Positions 11,668 to 24,624 of a stretch of DNA of 64,000 nucleotides are shown here, piece by piece. The translations under genes and the position numbers were made by a program. The first letter of the stretch is position 1, and each line of letters starts with the position of its first letter. A model generated the notes under the pieces. That model had not been told where the DNA came from, made no database searches, and worked only from the letters and a program-made list of their open reading frames with translations. Source of the DNA: Hemiscyllium ocellatum (Eukaryota); assembly GCF_020745735.1 (NCBI RefSeq), contig NC_083425.1:23795575-23859574 (forward strand). The letters run 5' to 3'.

Positions 11668-14468
11668 TCAAAATTGTTGAAAGCAAGAAATGGATTTTCT
11701 TGAAAAAGAGACCTGAATCTCTAAGAAACAAATGCATTTTTGGCTATAACAATATGTTTGAGATCTTGAACAGCCATGATTTTTAAAATACTTTAAATGT
11801 CAAGCAAATTCATTTTTAACTCAGAACACTAAATTTGAACTCTAAACTGCAAACTCCACTATAAGTAAGTTGGTTGAAGGCAAACAAAAAAAAACCAAAC
11901 TATCCTCTCTGGTTCAAAGCTGATGGTTTCAAAAATCATAACTTGGCTGATGTAAACAAACCAGGTTAAAATGTAACCTGTGCCTTACTATCCACTAGGA
12001 ACTGTTGTCAGCAAGTAAATTCCATTTTAAAGTTGAAATGCACACGACTCATCGTATTGCCTGCTTCTTCAGCTGTGACCCTCCACATATTATACTACTG
12101 AGCTGCATCAATGACCTACCCATGTAAAATTCAGTGAGTTAGAAAGAGTATAATTTTCCTGTTTGTTCTGCTTCATAGCAAAGAAAATGGAATGTAATTT
12201 GAAAAAGATTATAACATTTCAAATACAGAAAACAATATTCTTATTTTTAGCAGTTTGCTGTGATGTTCATGGCTTCTATTTCGCAGCTACTCAGTTATAT
12301 GATTAAAAGGAACTACAGGCATAGAATTGTACTGGACTCACTGTGTGATGTAATGAATTACAGTATTTCTAAAAATACTCCTGGAAAATAAATTGGCTGC
12401 AATTTTTTGATGTCCCAGTTGTTTGTTGCAATCCGATCCTAGATGTTCATAAAGACAACTGTGAAGTGCAGATCTACCAACAGAAGAAGTTTTCACTTCC
12501 ATAAATTAAAACAACAGGTACCAAAATAGAACTTTACCTGTAGTCCAGAAGAGTAATTCCACAATTACTCATCAACACGAATTTAGTTTGGAGATAAAGT
12601 GCAGCTCAAATGTAAAGTTAATTGTTGACTGAAATTGATCAGTGATATTAAGAATAAAACTGAGTGCAATTGGACTGTAAAACCCACAAACCATAAAAAG
12701 GTTCAAATTGATGGGATTTATTTCTCAGCAAATCACTGGTCATAGGAACACACATTTAAGCAGAGCCAAGCTGCTTCCACAACCAGCCAGAAATGGACAA
12801 CTTAAGAGAAAATTGTCAGGAATCTTATCCTGTCAGTGCTCCAAACTGAATGTGATCTTCAGTGCAAGTGGTATATAAAAATTTAACAGTTGTTGCTTAG
12901 AAAAGCACATACCTTGAAGATTTTATGAAAGATTCTGTTCATGTACTATGGGCTTCCACACTGTATTCTTGATTGCATTTCAAATGATCTCATTGATTTT
13001 ACTGAACGCAAGTTACAATAATTTTAAACTCACTTCTGAAGGTTAAACTTGGTATCTTTAGGCTTACAAATAAAATATAATTTCAGACTCTAGAATAAGT
13101 TTAAAAAAATCCCTGACAAAGAACAAATTCCCAACCCCATTCCAAATCAAGAGTCAGGCATGTGCACCCTGAGGTTTGAGTAATTAGGAATGTCATTGAC
13201 TGTGTCATACCTGTTTATATTGTTATGATTGGATAAAAATTAATTAAAAATAGAAAAGTTTATCTTTCCTTTTGTGACTACTCTCACATTGTCCTAGAAG
13301 TGTTACTCCAAGGTAGGATACAGTTCCAAAGGCATCCTCTGACACATCTAGTTGTCAGCAACTAATTTGAACACAAGGATCACTGTGACTGAACCTTGTG
13401 CTGTTTTTGCCTGAATCTGTCCCCACATGGACATTTCCAATATAGATTCTCTATACGGTTGCCCCATCTGAGAAAATTAACAATGTACACCAGGGATCAC
13501 AACTGAAACCTTTATGGTCTGTGCAGCTTAGCTAGTCACTGAGGAAGCTCTTGATGGCTGAATGTCTTACACCAATCACATCTGCATGTGAAACTGGCAA
13601 AACATAAATATCTATAATCTGCTTATAACTGGAGGCATAATTTAAAGAAAACCTTTAAGCAATATTGTTCAGGGTTAGTACAAGTTAGGATTTGTATCAA
13701 ATGCAGACCCAACACAACATAAAAGAGTACGGAAACCTAGATTGACACAACCCTTTTTGACATATTTTTAGTTAAATGAATTTTGGAATGAAGACAGATT
13801 TTTTAAAAAACTCCAAATATAGAGCCTAGATCTGCAGAGGCATTCATTTTTTACTCAAATAATTATAGAAATTCCACTCCTGTATCTGCTTCGGTCTCTG
13901 AATGGCAATCCAATTTCACAATAAGTGGAAATTTTCAGCTTATAGTATTAGAGTCTCAAAGAAAAACAGGTTGTAAAATACCAAGGAAACCGTTGTAAGC
14001 CTAATACAGTTAAGATCATTTTAAAAGACAAGCTGGTCGTAATCCAGGTACACATCACTTAAAATTCAGTGGAATGCAAAAACGTTTTTGGACCAAGTTG
14101 ACCTTACTGTGTTTGAAAAGTAGCCATTTTCTTCTTGTTTCTTCAAGAACGTCTGTTGCAACATCACTGGAGGACTTTGCTTATTTGCAGATGAACTCCA
14201 TAATGAACAGATTAGTAAATTAGAATGGTGCCAAATGGGGTAAATGAAGCAATCAAGGCTACAGTTGTGCCATTATAGCCCGCACAATTTTGATATTACA
14301 TTTGTTCAAGGGCATTTAAAAAGTGAAGAGATGTTAAACTTTTAACCAAATGGAGCAAAAAAGGGAAAAGATTGTGCAATTTAAATCATCTAAGTACAAA
14401 CATCCACTCCAAAAGATTACATTTACAGTCCCTGTCCTTCATTGAAGGCACACAGTCCCACATTCTGG

Positions 14469-14684
14469 TCACGTTTGGTGTCCACGCTGATGTAAGCTAT
14501 AGAAGTGTGCCTCCCTCAGGATCTGATTGATTTGAAAGTACGGGCCTTGTGCAGACTGTTCGTTCGAATCAGAAAACGGAAGCGTAGTCGAGCTGTTGCC
14601 TGATTTAGTATTGGCTTCAGCTGGTAAGTGTCCATTCGGTCTGTCAGGACTACTGACTATACTGCTGCTGTCACTGCTTGAGGA
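14469..14684 (-). CDS. FAM104A: FAM104A/VCF1 last coding exon (SSSSDSSSIVSSPDR...GPYFQINQILREAHFYSLHQRGHQT*)
   Basis: ttctttctgcag| acceptor, phase 0. Ser-rich linker then the conserved YFxINQxLREAHFxSL helix, the VCP/p97-binding motif. TGA at 14471-14469. Joined protein is 114 aa. Confidence 0.95.
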   Translation of the reverse strand, partial: SSSSDSSSIVSSPDRPNGHLPAEANTKSGNSSTTLPFSDSNEQSAQGPYFQINQILREAHFYSLHQRGHQT

Positions 14685-15464
14685 CTGCAGAAAGAAGAGT
14701 GTGTTTAATTGGTGAGAGAAACTCTAGAATGCTACTAACAAATACAACAAACTTTACAGCACATTTCCACTTATTAGCATTTTGTACATCATATCATTGT
14801 GAAGCCAGAAACTTCCTTAACCATCATTGAATACCAATATCATCCCCATATATTTTAATAAAGAAACGGGCATTCTTTTGTGGAATTACACAATGGTTGC
14901 AGGATTCTTTCACAGGTTACCAGCTCAACTATGCAAGATGTCAGTTTGAAACGAGACAGCAGCTCAACTTTCAACACTAAGAAACTTCAGTCAAACAACA
15001 GACAAGTATCGTCTTATATAAAGAATATCAAGTTCACTAGTTTCCTAATTATACAAATTACATTGGAACAAGCAGTTTGTAAAGACAGCTTGGGGAGAAA
15101 CAGGCAGTGGTAGAGTCATCAGGAATCTGGTTCCTAAATGGACATATGCTAAATTTGACAGGCTGGGGGAAATCTTTTTTTTATTGCAGTCCATATCCAG
15201 GGAGATGGATGTACTGGGAAAGATGACAACGTCAGTCTGATTAATTGCCTAGCCTGCTCCACTATCCATTCTTGCTTGCTGCCTCACTGGTGTTTCTTAT
15301 GCTAGTTATTTCATTTTGAAGTTTCCACTTACATAGGATTGAAAAGATTGCTCCCTTGTTAGAAATACTAAAACTCAAATTAACCATATAGTGGAGTACA
15401 ATTTTCTAATTCTCCAGATTAGATAAGTTCAAAAATGTTGAAACCAACTAGCGGACGAAAAGAA

Positions 15465-15560
15465 CCAAACCAAAAATTGCTGGAAAAGCCAGCAGGTCTG
15501 GCAGCATCCGTGAAGAGAAAGTAGAGTTACCGTTTCGGGTCCAGTGACTCTTCCTCAGAG
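15465..15560 (-). mobile_element. Penelope-type terminal repeat fragment with a decayed hammerhead motif
   Basis: Minus strand reads CTGAGGA-A-GAGTC-ACTG-GACCC-GAAAC-GGT-AAC, followed by the gatgctgccagacctgctg family sequence. Confidence 0.7.
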
Positions 15561-15915
15561 AAAAAGATTTTCTAAATCTTCAGTCAAGAATTTGACAGCC
15601 AGCTAATCAGAGATTGCAGGCTTAATTTGTCTCAATCATTCAATTTGACCAAGCTGAGTTACTAATACTAAAATCAATGTGAAGTTTACAACAACGGATT
15701 GCCAGCTATACCTGAATGTGGAGGGAAAGCCAGCATTTTAGATAGCCTTTCAGTTCACCAGACAGCAACACCTTCCCTGCAGAATGCCAAAGTTAGTTAA
15801 AGATCTGCTGAACCAGAGTTCAGAAAGTATCTAACTCAGCCACTGTTGGCTAAAGAGCCTTTATGTTTCTGAAACTGCCTTCACCAGAATACATCAGCCA
15901 ATGTTTAAAAAAAAA

Positions 15916-16465
15916 TCTCAAAGGGGATCCTTTTGTAATGCAGAGGTAGTGCCCCTACCCTGGACTAGGAAGCCCAGGTTCAAGCCCCATCTACTCCAGA
16001 GGGGTGTAATAACAGCTCTGAACAAGTTGATTAGAAACGTAGGTTAAATTAAAAGTTAAAATAAAAAACCTCAATGAGGACCCTCTTGTGGTAGTATCCC
16101 TAGGGTAAGCAAAGGCCTAGTGGTATTATTGCTGGACTCAGCCCAGGGATCCAGGTGATATTCTAAGGAACTGGATTCGAATCCTAGCAGATGGTGGAAA
16201 TCAAAGTCAACTTAAAAAATCTGGAATCAAGAGCCTGTGATGGATCCGGAAGCCTGAGCTCAGATCCCACCTGCTCCAGGAGTACATAATAACATCTCTG
16301 AACACATTGATTAGAAAAACAGATTAAATAAAATTGATTTGTTTTTAATCCTCAAAGTATTCTAATGGTAGTGTCCCTACCTCTGAGGTAGGAGACCCAA
16401 GTTCAATTTGCACCTGCTTCAGAGGGAAGTCACAACATCTCTGAAGAGGTTAATTAGAAATATTT
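15916..16465 (+). repeat. Three tandem copies of a ~110-bp tRNA-like SINE unit, the middle one interrupted by another SINE
   Basis: Repeated ctcaa...ggtagt(g/a)(c/t)ccct...ttca...aaca(g/t)ctctgaa...attagaaa. Confidence 0.75.
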
Positions 16466-16915
16466 CAAAAACCACAAAATCTAACTTTATTAATTTGGTT
16501 ACAAAAGGCAGTAGTGTTCTGATATTCATCAGAAATTGGTTTAAATATGACTTTTATCTGCTGGGAAAATGTTTTCTAATGTGCTCGTGAGATATAGACA
16601 TCACTGGTTCGAGCAGTATGTACTGTCCACCCTTAACTGTAGATGGTAGTTAAGAGTCAACCACACTACTGTGGGACTAAAGTCACATGTAAATCAGACC
16701 AGGTAAAGATGGTAGATTTCCATCCCTGAAGGACTTTAGTGACCAAATGCGTTCTCGAAACAATCAACAGTATTTGCTAGCTAGCTTTTTATTCTGGAGC
16801 ATGAGAAATCATTACAACAACCAAGTTCCCATTCACGCGGTTAACTTTCAGACAGCTTGATCGAAGGTCACAGTCCTTGGGTGACAATAGAAACAAATTA
16901 TAAAATTGTACTAAC

Positions 16916-17027
16916 CTCACAGTCCCAGCTGTCTCTTGGTAGATCCTGCAACAATGTACTGTTGCTGAGACGTTTCGGTGGTGGGACAGAATGGTTTTCT
17001 TCATTGTTACAGTTCCGTCGCCGCTTC
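16916..17027 (-). CDS. FAM104A: FAM104A/VCF1 coding exon 2 (KRRRNCNNEENHSVPPPKRLSNSTLLQDLPRDSWDCE)
   Basis: tttcag| acceptor and gag|gttagt donor, 112 nt. Has the basic RKRRR...PPPKR NLS-like segment and the DSWDxE motif typical of FAM104 proteins. Confidence 0.93.
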
Positions 17028-19014
17028 CTGAAATGGGTTGGGTTGGCAGTGGTGACAGAAAGAGTGAGAGAACAAACATTAATTAATATCCATAGACACC
17101 AATTAAAGTGTACAATTACTTCAACTTAACTACTGATTTTCACAAAAAAAAAGCCTTCAATAATGGTACATAATTTTAAAGCTGTATTCAATAATCATGC
17201 AGGTCTCGACTAGCAAGTTAGCCAAGCTCAACATTAAGTAAAATAAAAAAGGAAGTGCCCACTGTCTTGGTGTCATATAAAATTAATAATCATGAACAGT
17301 AGTGTTGAGATATCCAACCCAATACTATATGGTGTATAGCATGTTTTAGCTGCAGAGGATAGTTGGGTTATGCCCCCTCAACTCCTGCTATCATTATGAG
17401 GTCAGTTAACATAGCTTTGAGGGACTGCCTGCATCTTGCTCACCAAACTGGGGCAGTTGGCATTGTACAGTTTGCAATTTCCAACTGCATTCTATGCAAA
17501 AGTGATAGGAATTTGGAACTCTGCCAAATCTAAAGTTGAACCCTCTCTTCCTCTTTCAATCAGTAAACCAGACTTAGCTCCTGAGATTAGGGTTAGCTAT
17601 AACTAAGGAAGGAAGATGCTGAATGGTTGAAAATTACAATAATCTGTTTTCATAAGAATGGGAGCAGGAGTTTGCTCTGCCATTTAATACGATTTTCTAC
17701 CTCACTTCCAATTTCCTAAATGATCCCACAGCCCTCAATTACTTTCTTGATCATTTTGGTGACAATGTCATTGAATGGTGATAAAACATCATTGTGACAT
17801 GGATCCACAACACTGTTCCTTCACTGTTATCAGCATCAAAATCCTGGGGCTTCCTTCTTAGCCGGACTGACAGCAAATCCATTGCCTTCATCTTTAGCGC
17901 TATTTGGGATAGGGAACAAATGCTAACCTTGCCAGTAACACCCACACCTGATGATTTAAAAAGCTACAGCTGATTCTTTTGCACAATCTCTAGTTTTTTT
18001 TTGCATGTTACTTATGATAGTGTCATGCTTGAGCAGATAACTCAAATCAATATTTACTGACAATGTGCTGAACTTCGAGGTTTCCTGTCACCATTTGGAT
18101 AAACAAGGTGAGTTCTGCTCTCTTGGGTAGACATAAAAGATCCCACAGAACCATATGAAAAAGACCAAGAATGTTTTCCCCTGGTTCCTGCTGATATTCA
18201 TACTTCAACGAACACGTGAAAGAGATTATCTAATCATGATCATTTTGCTGTTTGAGAATTTGTGTGTAAATTGGTTGCCACATTTCCTTCATTACAAGTG
18301 ACATTTCAAAAGATATTTTATTGTCTATTAAGCATTTTGAGACAGAGGTTATTAAAGGCACGAGACACATGCAAACTCTTTCTTTATATCGAAGTTTGTG
18401 GCATGCTTCAACTGTGATTGATCTTGTGGTTTTAGAAGCATTTCCTTAGATAAAATAAACAAATATTCTGCATCACTTACTTGTAAAGTACAAACTGTAC
18501 CAAGTTTAAGTACTGAGCCTGGCTAGCGAACACATTTGGAATTATTTCATTTTCTCCTGTTTTTCCAATTGTAGTCTGGATTCAAGTTTTATAACTGAAC
18601 ACTTAATCTTTGTCTCTTCCTCAAGATGATGTTAAAACTCGAATGGAATCAAGTATATTTTCGATATTACTGACTCCAAATTATGTCCTTTCCAAAATAA
18701 ATTAATTTTTATTGCTGCACATCCACATAAACCTCTATAGACATTTGCCAAACTTATAATGCTGCCAAAATCTGTTCTACGTGGGACTAGTTTATATTAT
18801 GGAAATGAACCACCTACATTAACAAAATGCAGGACTGTATAATCGCACTGATTTGGTACTTCTGCATTTTTTTCCCATTTCCCACTCCAAAGTCTTTGCC
18901 CTGCAAATTGCAACAGTCCTTTAGGTAGGAACTTGTCACCAAGAGTAATCTTTAGTGTTGGGCAGTATTCTGGAAAAAGCACTGGCTTTCTTTTAGGGAA
19001 GCTTTACTAGATAA

Positions 19015-19320
19015 CACGGTGGCACAGTGGTTAGCACTGCTGCCTCACAGCGCCTGAGACCCGTGTTCAATTCCCAACTCAGGCGACTGTCTGTGTGGAG
19101 TTTGCACGTTCTCCCCGTGTCTGCGTGGGTTTCCTCCGGGTGCTCCGGTTTCCTCCCACAGTCCAAAGATGTGCGGGTCAGGTGAATTGGCCATGCTAAA
19201 TTGCCCGTAGTGTTAGGTAAGGGGTAAATGTAGGGGTATGTGTGGGTTGCGCTTCGGCGGGTCGGTGTGGACTTGTTGGGCCGAAGGGCCTGTTTCCACA
19301 CTAAGTAATCTAATAATAAG
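19015..19320 (+). mobile_element. Near full-length, CpG-rich (young) HE1-like SINE
   Basis: TGGCACAGTGG A box, GTTCAATTCCC B box, retained CpGs and a taatctaa tail. Confidence 0.92.
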
Positions 19321-19369
19321 ATAGCCTGTCCATTCCAAGTATTTATGAAGAAAAGTTTGTCAGGTTTGT

Positions 19370-19730
19370 ATCTGCTAGAGTTCTGAACAGTAAGAGGTGA
19401 CTTGAGTGAAACATAAGATCCTGAGGAATCTTGACAGGGTGAACATAAAAGGAATCTGAACTCAGGGTGACTTAAAAATTAGAGGCTATTTTTGGCTATA
19501 AGACAGAGGTAAGATTTTGTTTTCCTCAAAGGGTCACAAATCTTTGGAAATGTCTTAAGTCTTTGAATATTTTTAAGGCAGAGATAGATTATTGATAACT
19601 AAGGGAAAAGGGGTATTGGGGGAGTTGGTAATGTGGAGTAATTTGATCAGCGATGACCTTGCTGAATAGCAGAGCAGACTTAAGGGGTTAAGTAACATAT
19701 TCCTACTCCTGATTGGAATGTTTGTTCTTC
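19370..19730 (+). mobile_element. Old CR1 3' fragment
   Basis: agagtt...agaggtgacttga (RGDL) segment and a cctactcctg tail. Confidence 0.6.
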
Positions 19731-20949
19731 TAAATAAAATTGATGAATTGGCACACAAGCTCTATCACTGCTGAAAAACCATACAAAAAAGACTGTGGCA
19801 CCCTTTTGTTAGTGACTAAACTACATGTTCATCCTGTTGTAGGATGGAGTTGAGACCAAAACAGATCAATCATGATCTTATTAAATCCTGCTTCTAATTC
19901 ATATGTTAGACAATAAATTCAAGGTCTAGATCATTGACGTGAAAGCATTTCAGCAATGTTTTGTGGAAATGTAGAATTAAATAAACAATACATTGCAAAG
20001 TATTGTGGAACAATCCATGCTTCATAATCATTAGATCAGTCCTAACTAGGACACAGTTTTTAACCTCAGAATTCAAATGTCTATATTATTCATAAAATAA
20101 AGTTGTCACACTGTGACTATTTCCTGCATAATTGACCCTTCCAGCCAAGTATTGCGATTTAGCAGTGACACCTTTAGTTGCACTCCTTCTGGTATGATTT
20201 TAGAAAAAATTTGCCTGAATTGAATTGCGCATCAGTCACAAACCAACAATTCCATCTCTGGTCATTCTCCTAAAAATGTTTTTCTTCAATCTATGCAGGT
20301 TTGATCCTCCATGTGTTTTCACTCTGGATTATGCCTACACAACATTCAGTTTAGTTTCAACCATTCATTTACATCTTTCCAGTCTCAGATTGATTAGAAA
20401 GTATCTATATTAGGGATCGTCTGTGCACATACAGCAGCAGCACTATTTTTTAAATCTCATGTTTTAAGATTATCTAACAGCCATTTTACAAACGTAAAAC
20501 TTTGTTCAGGTTCTTCCATTTAAGCAGGTGAGTTCAGCATTTCCCCAAAAAGAAAGGCAAAAATATTCCATAGAGTAATAAATGCGGCAAAATACAGTCA
20601 AAAATATTTAATTTTCAGCATAACTCTTCTCACCATTACCCTAAAAGATTTAATGGAAGATTACTAGGGATAAAAGTCTTTATTTTAGTCATTTGATGAA
20701 TAATTCTTTTTGTAAAACATCATACTTTAATATGTGGAGCACATCTTTGAATACAGCATCACTTCTTAGTATAAAAATATGGTCAAAAATAGCACATTTA
20801 GCGTTTTTTCTCAATTTAAAACTAGTGACACAATGTACAAAGACTTTTACCATGTGTTCAATTATGTTGCACTTCAGCCTGATATTGGCAAAACTGGAAC
20901 AGTTTAAGTATAAAATAAAATTTGTTTTAACACTACAGTGATGAACCAG

Positions 20950-21745
20950 TGTGCCCACACCTTCCTCCTCACCTCTGTCCAAGGTCCCAAAGGATCCTTC
21001 CACATCTGACAAATTTACCTGTACTTCCACAAATATCATGTACTGTATCCATTGCACCTGATGAGGTCTCGTCTACATCAGGGATACTGGACGCCAACTT
21101 GCGGATCGTTTCAGAGAACATCTCTGGGATGCCCGCACCAATTAACTTCACCACCCTGTGGCTGAACACCAACTCCCCCTCTCACTTCATCAAGGACACG
21201 CAGGTCCTGGGCCTCCTCCATCGCCAAACCCTAACCACACAACGCCTGGAGGAAGAACGCCTCACCTTATGCCTTGGGACCCTGCAACCACACAGGATCA
21301 ATGCATGTTTCACCAGTTTCCTCATTTCCCCCCCACCCCCCACCTTATCCCAGTCCCAAGCTTCCAACTCAGCACCGTCCTCTTGACCTATCCACCCTCC
21401 TCTCCGACCTAGCATCTCCTTCCACCTATCACATTCTCAGCTACTCTCTCATTTATCTCTCAGCCTCCCCCGGCCCACAAGCCTCATTCCTGAAGGGCTC
21501 ATGCCCAAAACATCGATTCTCCTGCTCCTCGGATGCTGCCTGACCTGCTCTGCTTTTCCAGCACCTGCAGTCCCCACTTACTCCAAGTTTGGATAGCCAG
21601 GTTTGAAGTTAAGACATCTTCCAAATTGGGCTTATGCCCGAAACGTCCAATCTCCTGTTCCTTGGATGCTGCCTGACCTGCTGCGCTTTTCCAGCGACAC
21701 ATTTTCCACTCTGATCTCCAGCATCTGCAGTCCTCACTTTCTCCT
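20950..21745 (+). mobile_element. Penelope-like element 3' part (GIY-YIG) with partly tandem terminal repeats
   Basis: YCIHC...YIRDTGR, RLEEERL...LGTLQP.. IN coding remnants. Terminal unit is repeated at about 21490-21575 and 21628-21745. Confidence 0.85.
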
Positions 21746-22520
21746 CCATCTTCCAAATTCAATTGGGCAAGACATTTAAAGTGTTTTTACACATCAAATG
21801 AGTTATCAGATGCCAGACACACATCCTCTTACGTCAGAACACTCATAACTACACCAGAGACAATGTACATTTCACTATATAACTACCACTCAATTAAAAA
21901 TTTTGCTTTGGACCTGAAGCCATGAACAGGCTGGTAAATTGTTAATTATTTGATTATGAAACTTCTATTGGAGTGATAAATATGGCCATGAGGAAGAACT
22001 TGTATAGAGCTTAATGGTTATCTTTGGCAAGAATTTGCCTTTGTATACTTATCAGCAAGTGAAAGAAAATATCCACCAGGTCTCAGAAGGAAAACCCACA
22101 GGCCAACTAGAAAGGAGCACTAAAATTTCATTTCAGCATAATCATTGGAATGTTTCTTATTTTTGGAGCAATTCATGAATCTTAACGATTTAGAAGAGTA
22201 CCTACATTTTCATCTTTTTGAGGGGGGGCGGAGGAGAACGAAAACTGAGTAACATAGTCATACTCAATTTGCATAATTGATAATTTAGTATGAAAGAATT
22301 TATTGTTTGGCTGTAATCTGAATAAACGCGGCAACTCAATGATCCCAAGAACATGACTGGAGAGACTAATGGTGCTGCAAAACATTATAAAGTTACTGGC
22401 AACGAGGTAATTCTGAACATTTAAGTTTCTCAATGTATTAAAACGTCGGAGCTGCACCCACCGACGAGTACAAAGCCAAAACTGCATCACTTTCTCCCAT
22501 AGTGAAACCCAAACTCTCAC

Positions 22521-22534
22521 TGAGCTGCCACCAT
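22521..22534 (-). CDS. FAM104A: Candidate alternative first coding exon of FAM104A (MVAA-Q)
   Basis: caatATGG strong Kozak context, then ATG GTG GCA GCT CA|gtgaga. Phase 2, compatible with exon 2. At the edge of the CpG island. Confidence 0.45.
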
Positions 22535-22539
22535 ATTGG

Positions 22540-22564
22540 AGAGGAGGAGGAGGAGGAGGAGGAG
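22540..22564 (+). repeat. (GAG)n microsatellite
   Basis: About eight GAG units. Confidence 0.9.
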
Positions 22565-23090
22565 TGAAGACTCAAAGACAATACAGCCCCGGCCGGGGAA
22601 GGGGGGGCGTCCCTTTAAATACCTCCACCCGAGGTGACAGTAAGGGCAGGAAAAGGGGAGAATGATCCGAGCTGATGGATCACTCTGGGCCCTCCCTCAG
22701 TCACAAGGCCTGCAGACCCCGGATTTACAGGCAGCCGCCTGCCTGCGCCATCGGGGCCTCAGCCTTAATACAGCCCCGTTCTTTTCCTCCTTTAGCCCGG
22801 AGCTCCATCGGACAAGGCGGCTGCTCCTGCCCACCCCGTGCCCCACCGCAGGGCTCAGACGGCCCCGGAGCTGTGGAGATGCCCAGCGTCACTGAGCGGC
22901 CAACGGGCCTCGGACCCACTCCAGGCCGCCCGCTGTGAGCCGCCTGCACGTCATCTGCCCGGCTTCACAGCCGCCACCCCCCGCCCCGTCCCTCAGTCTC
23001 CCCTCGGGGAGTTCTGCGCCCGGGGGGAGGGGAGAGCGGGTTGTAGGCGCGGTACAAGGGGGTAATGGAATGAGCCGAGCTACCGCTCAC

Positions 23091-23107
23091 CTGCCGTCAG
23101 ATAACAT
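23091..23107 (-). CDS. FAM104A: FAM104A/VCF1 coding exon 1 (MLSDG-R)
   Basis: ATG at 23107-23105, directly after an in-frame TAG, inside the CpG island. Reads ATG TTA TCT GAC GGC AG|gtgagc. The phase-2 donor joins exon 2 to make AGG (R). Confidence 0.85.
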
Positions 23108-23639
23108 CTAACCCCGGCTGCTGCTGCTCGCTGTCTGAGAGTCCCTGGGCCGGGGGGGCGGGGCCAAGATGAAGGGGCGGGACATGCACGATGACGCGCT
23201 AATAGTGACGCCACGTAGTCCACCGACTGCGCGGGCGCAGCAAACACTCGCCATCGGTGCCAGGAAAGGGGCGGGGCTATGGCCACAGATGGGCGGGGTT
23301 GCGGGTAAACGGTCCGACCGGGTAAGGCAGAGCTTATGACAGATGGAGGCGGGGCCAGGGAATAATAAAGCGGAGCCGGCACAATGGGACTACACGGCAA
23401 GCCCAGAGGGGGCGGGGCTAAGGGGGGAAAGTGGGTGGAGGGGGCGTGGCGTTGGCCCAGTTTGGCGTCATGGTATGTGGGCGTGACCAGCGTTTGGAGG
23501 CGAGGTCAGAAGGGGGGTGTTTGGGCGGAGCGTGGTCATGGTCAGGGAAGGGGGCGGGGCGTGGTCAGTGGAGGGGCGGGACAAAGCGATTTGGGGCGTG
23601 ACCGATGTAAACCAAGCTCCAAACAGCCCGTCATAACAA

Positions 23640-23840
23640 AACCAAAACCAAACAACTGCGGGATGCTGCTGGAAATAAAAAAATACTGGAGAAACTCAGC
23701 AGGTCAGGCAGCATCTGTGGAGAGAGAGAGAGGAACAGAGTTAATGTTTTGAGTCTTGTGACCCTTTCTCAGAACACAGAATCTGAAGTTAATATTGTTT
23801 TTCTCTCTGCACAGATGTTGAATTTCCGTTTTTGTTTTAT
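23640..23840 (-). mobile_element. Penelope-derived short inverted-repeat element inside the bidirectional promoter region
   Basis: gcatctgtggagagag ... ctctctgcacagatg inverted arms around a decayed hammerhead core. Confidence 0.65.
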
Positions 23841-23879
23841 TTACTAAAAGCCTGTAGTGTGGCTGCTTGTTCCTCCCCA

Positions 23880-24095
23880 ACATCTCTCTCCCTCTCACAA
23901 ACGCACTCTGTCACTTTCTCCTTCCGGACACTGTTCAACCTCTTCGCGCAGATGCCCCGTTCCTCCTCAGCCGGGACCTTAAAGCAGACGGACCGGATGT
24001 TCGCTCCCCGTACCGGAAGGTGTCCCACTGGATTGAGTCCGCTGTGTCTGAGAAACATTGTGCAGATGAACAAAACAGAGGTGCAGTTACTTTCC
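23880..24095 (+). other. C17orf80: Probable first exon of C17orf80 (start approximate; may be coding)
   Basis: CpG-containing segment ending at a consensus donor tcc|gtgagt (24096). In frame with the 29613 acceptor. Confidence 0.55.
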
Positions 24096-24624
24096 GTGAG
24101 TTTTAAAACGAGAGGAAGGAATGATGAATATGGTATTCAGGCCCTAAGCAGGCGGTTGCATAGAGTTTTAAGAAAATGCAAGAGTCAAATTTTTGAAATA
24201 TTTATTGCCATGATGTAACAATGTTAATAATTTTGACTTTAACACGTGAGGTTGGGAGTCAGGCTGGAGATACAATAAAAGAAGCACTGTAAGTATCTTT
24301 AAGTAGAACCATCAATGTGGTGATGTTGGATGCAGGAAAGATGTGGTCGGTGGCAGGGCTTGGGATTTGTGAGTGGATTGGGGAAAATCCCTCAACTTTT
24401 CTGGAAGAAAAAGTCGAGAAGAGACTTTCGGTGTTCAAACTCGTGGATCTGGACACACAAATAAATAGAAACTCCTTTTGGCAGAAGGTTTGGGCGAATT
24501 ATAGAACAAAAGCAAGGGAAGAAAATGTTTTTAACAGGATTAGTGGCTTGGATTTGGAACGCATTGCTTGAGTGAAGATAGATTTAATTATGGCTTTCAA
24601 TAGGTAATGGATAATTGTGAATTA

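Larger units (their letters stand above)
22540..23620. promoter_or_regulatory. CpG island and bidirectional promoter of FAM104A and C17orf80
   Basis: Sharp GC and CpG enrichment in an AT-rich window. About eight GGGCGG/GAGGCGG GC boxes (near 23156, 23175, 23268, 23291, 23346, 23409, 23551, 23573), repeated GGCGTG motifs and TGACG half-sites. Lies between divergent genes. Confidence 0.9.

Noticed and set aside
11654-11668. Back-to-back AATAAA on both strands as a bidirectional polyA site
   Set aside because: No plus-strand gene ends here, and such motifs are common in AT-rich DNA.
19015-19090. tRNA-like A and B boxes here and in other SINE heads
   Set aside because: They continue into SINE body and LINE-derived tail, so they are not tRNA genes.
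22662-23752. Several 74-122 aa ORFs in the CpG island
   Set aside because: Stop-poor GC-rich sequence with no recognisable protein motif.
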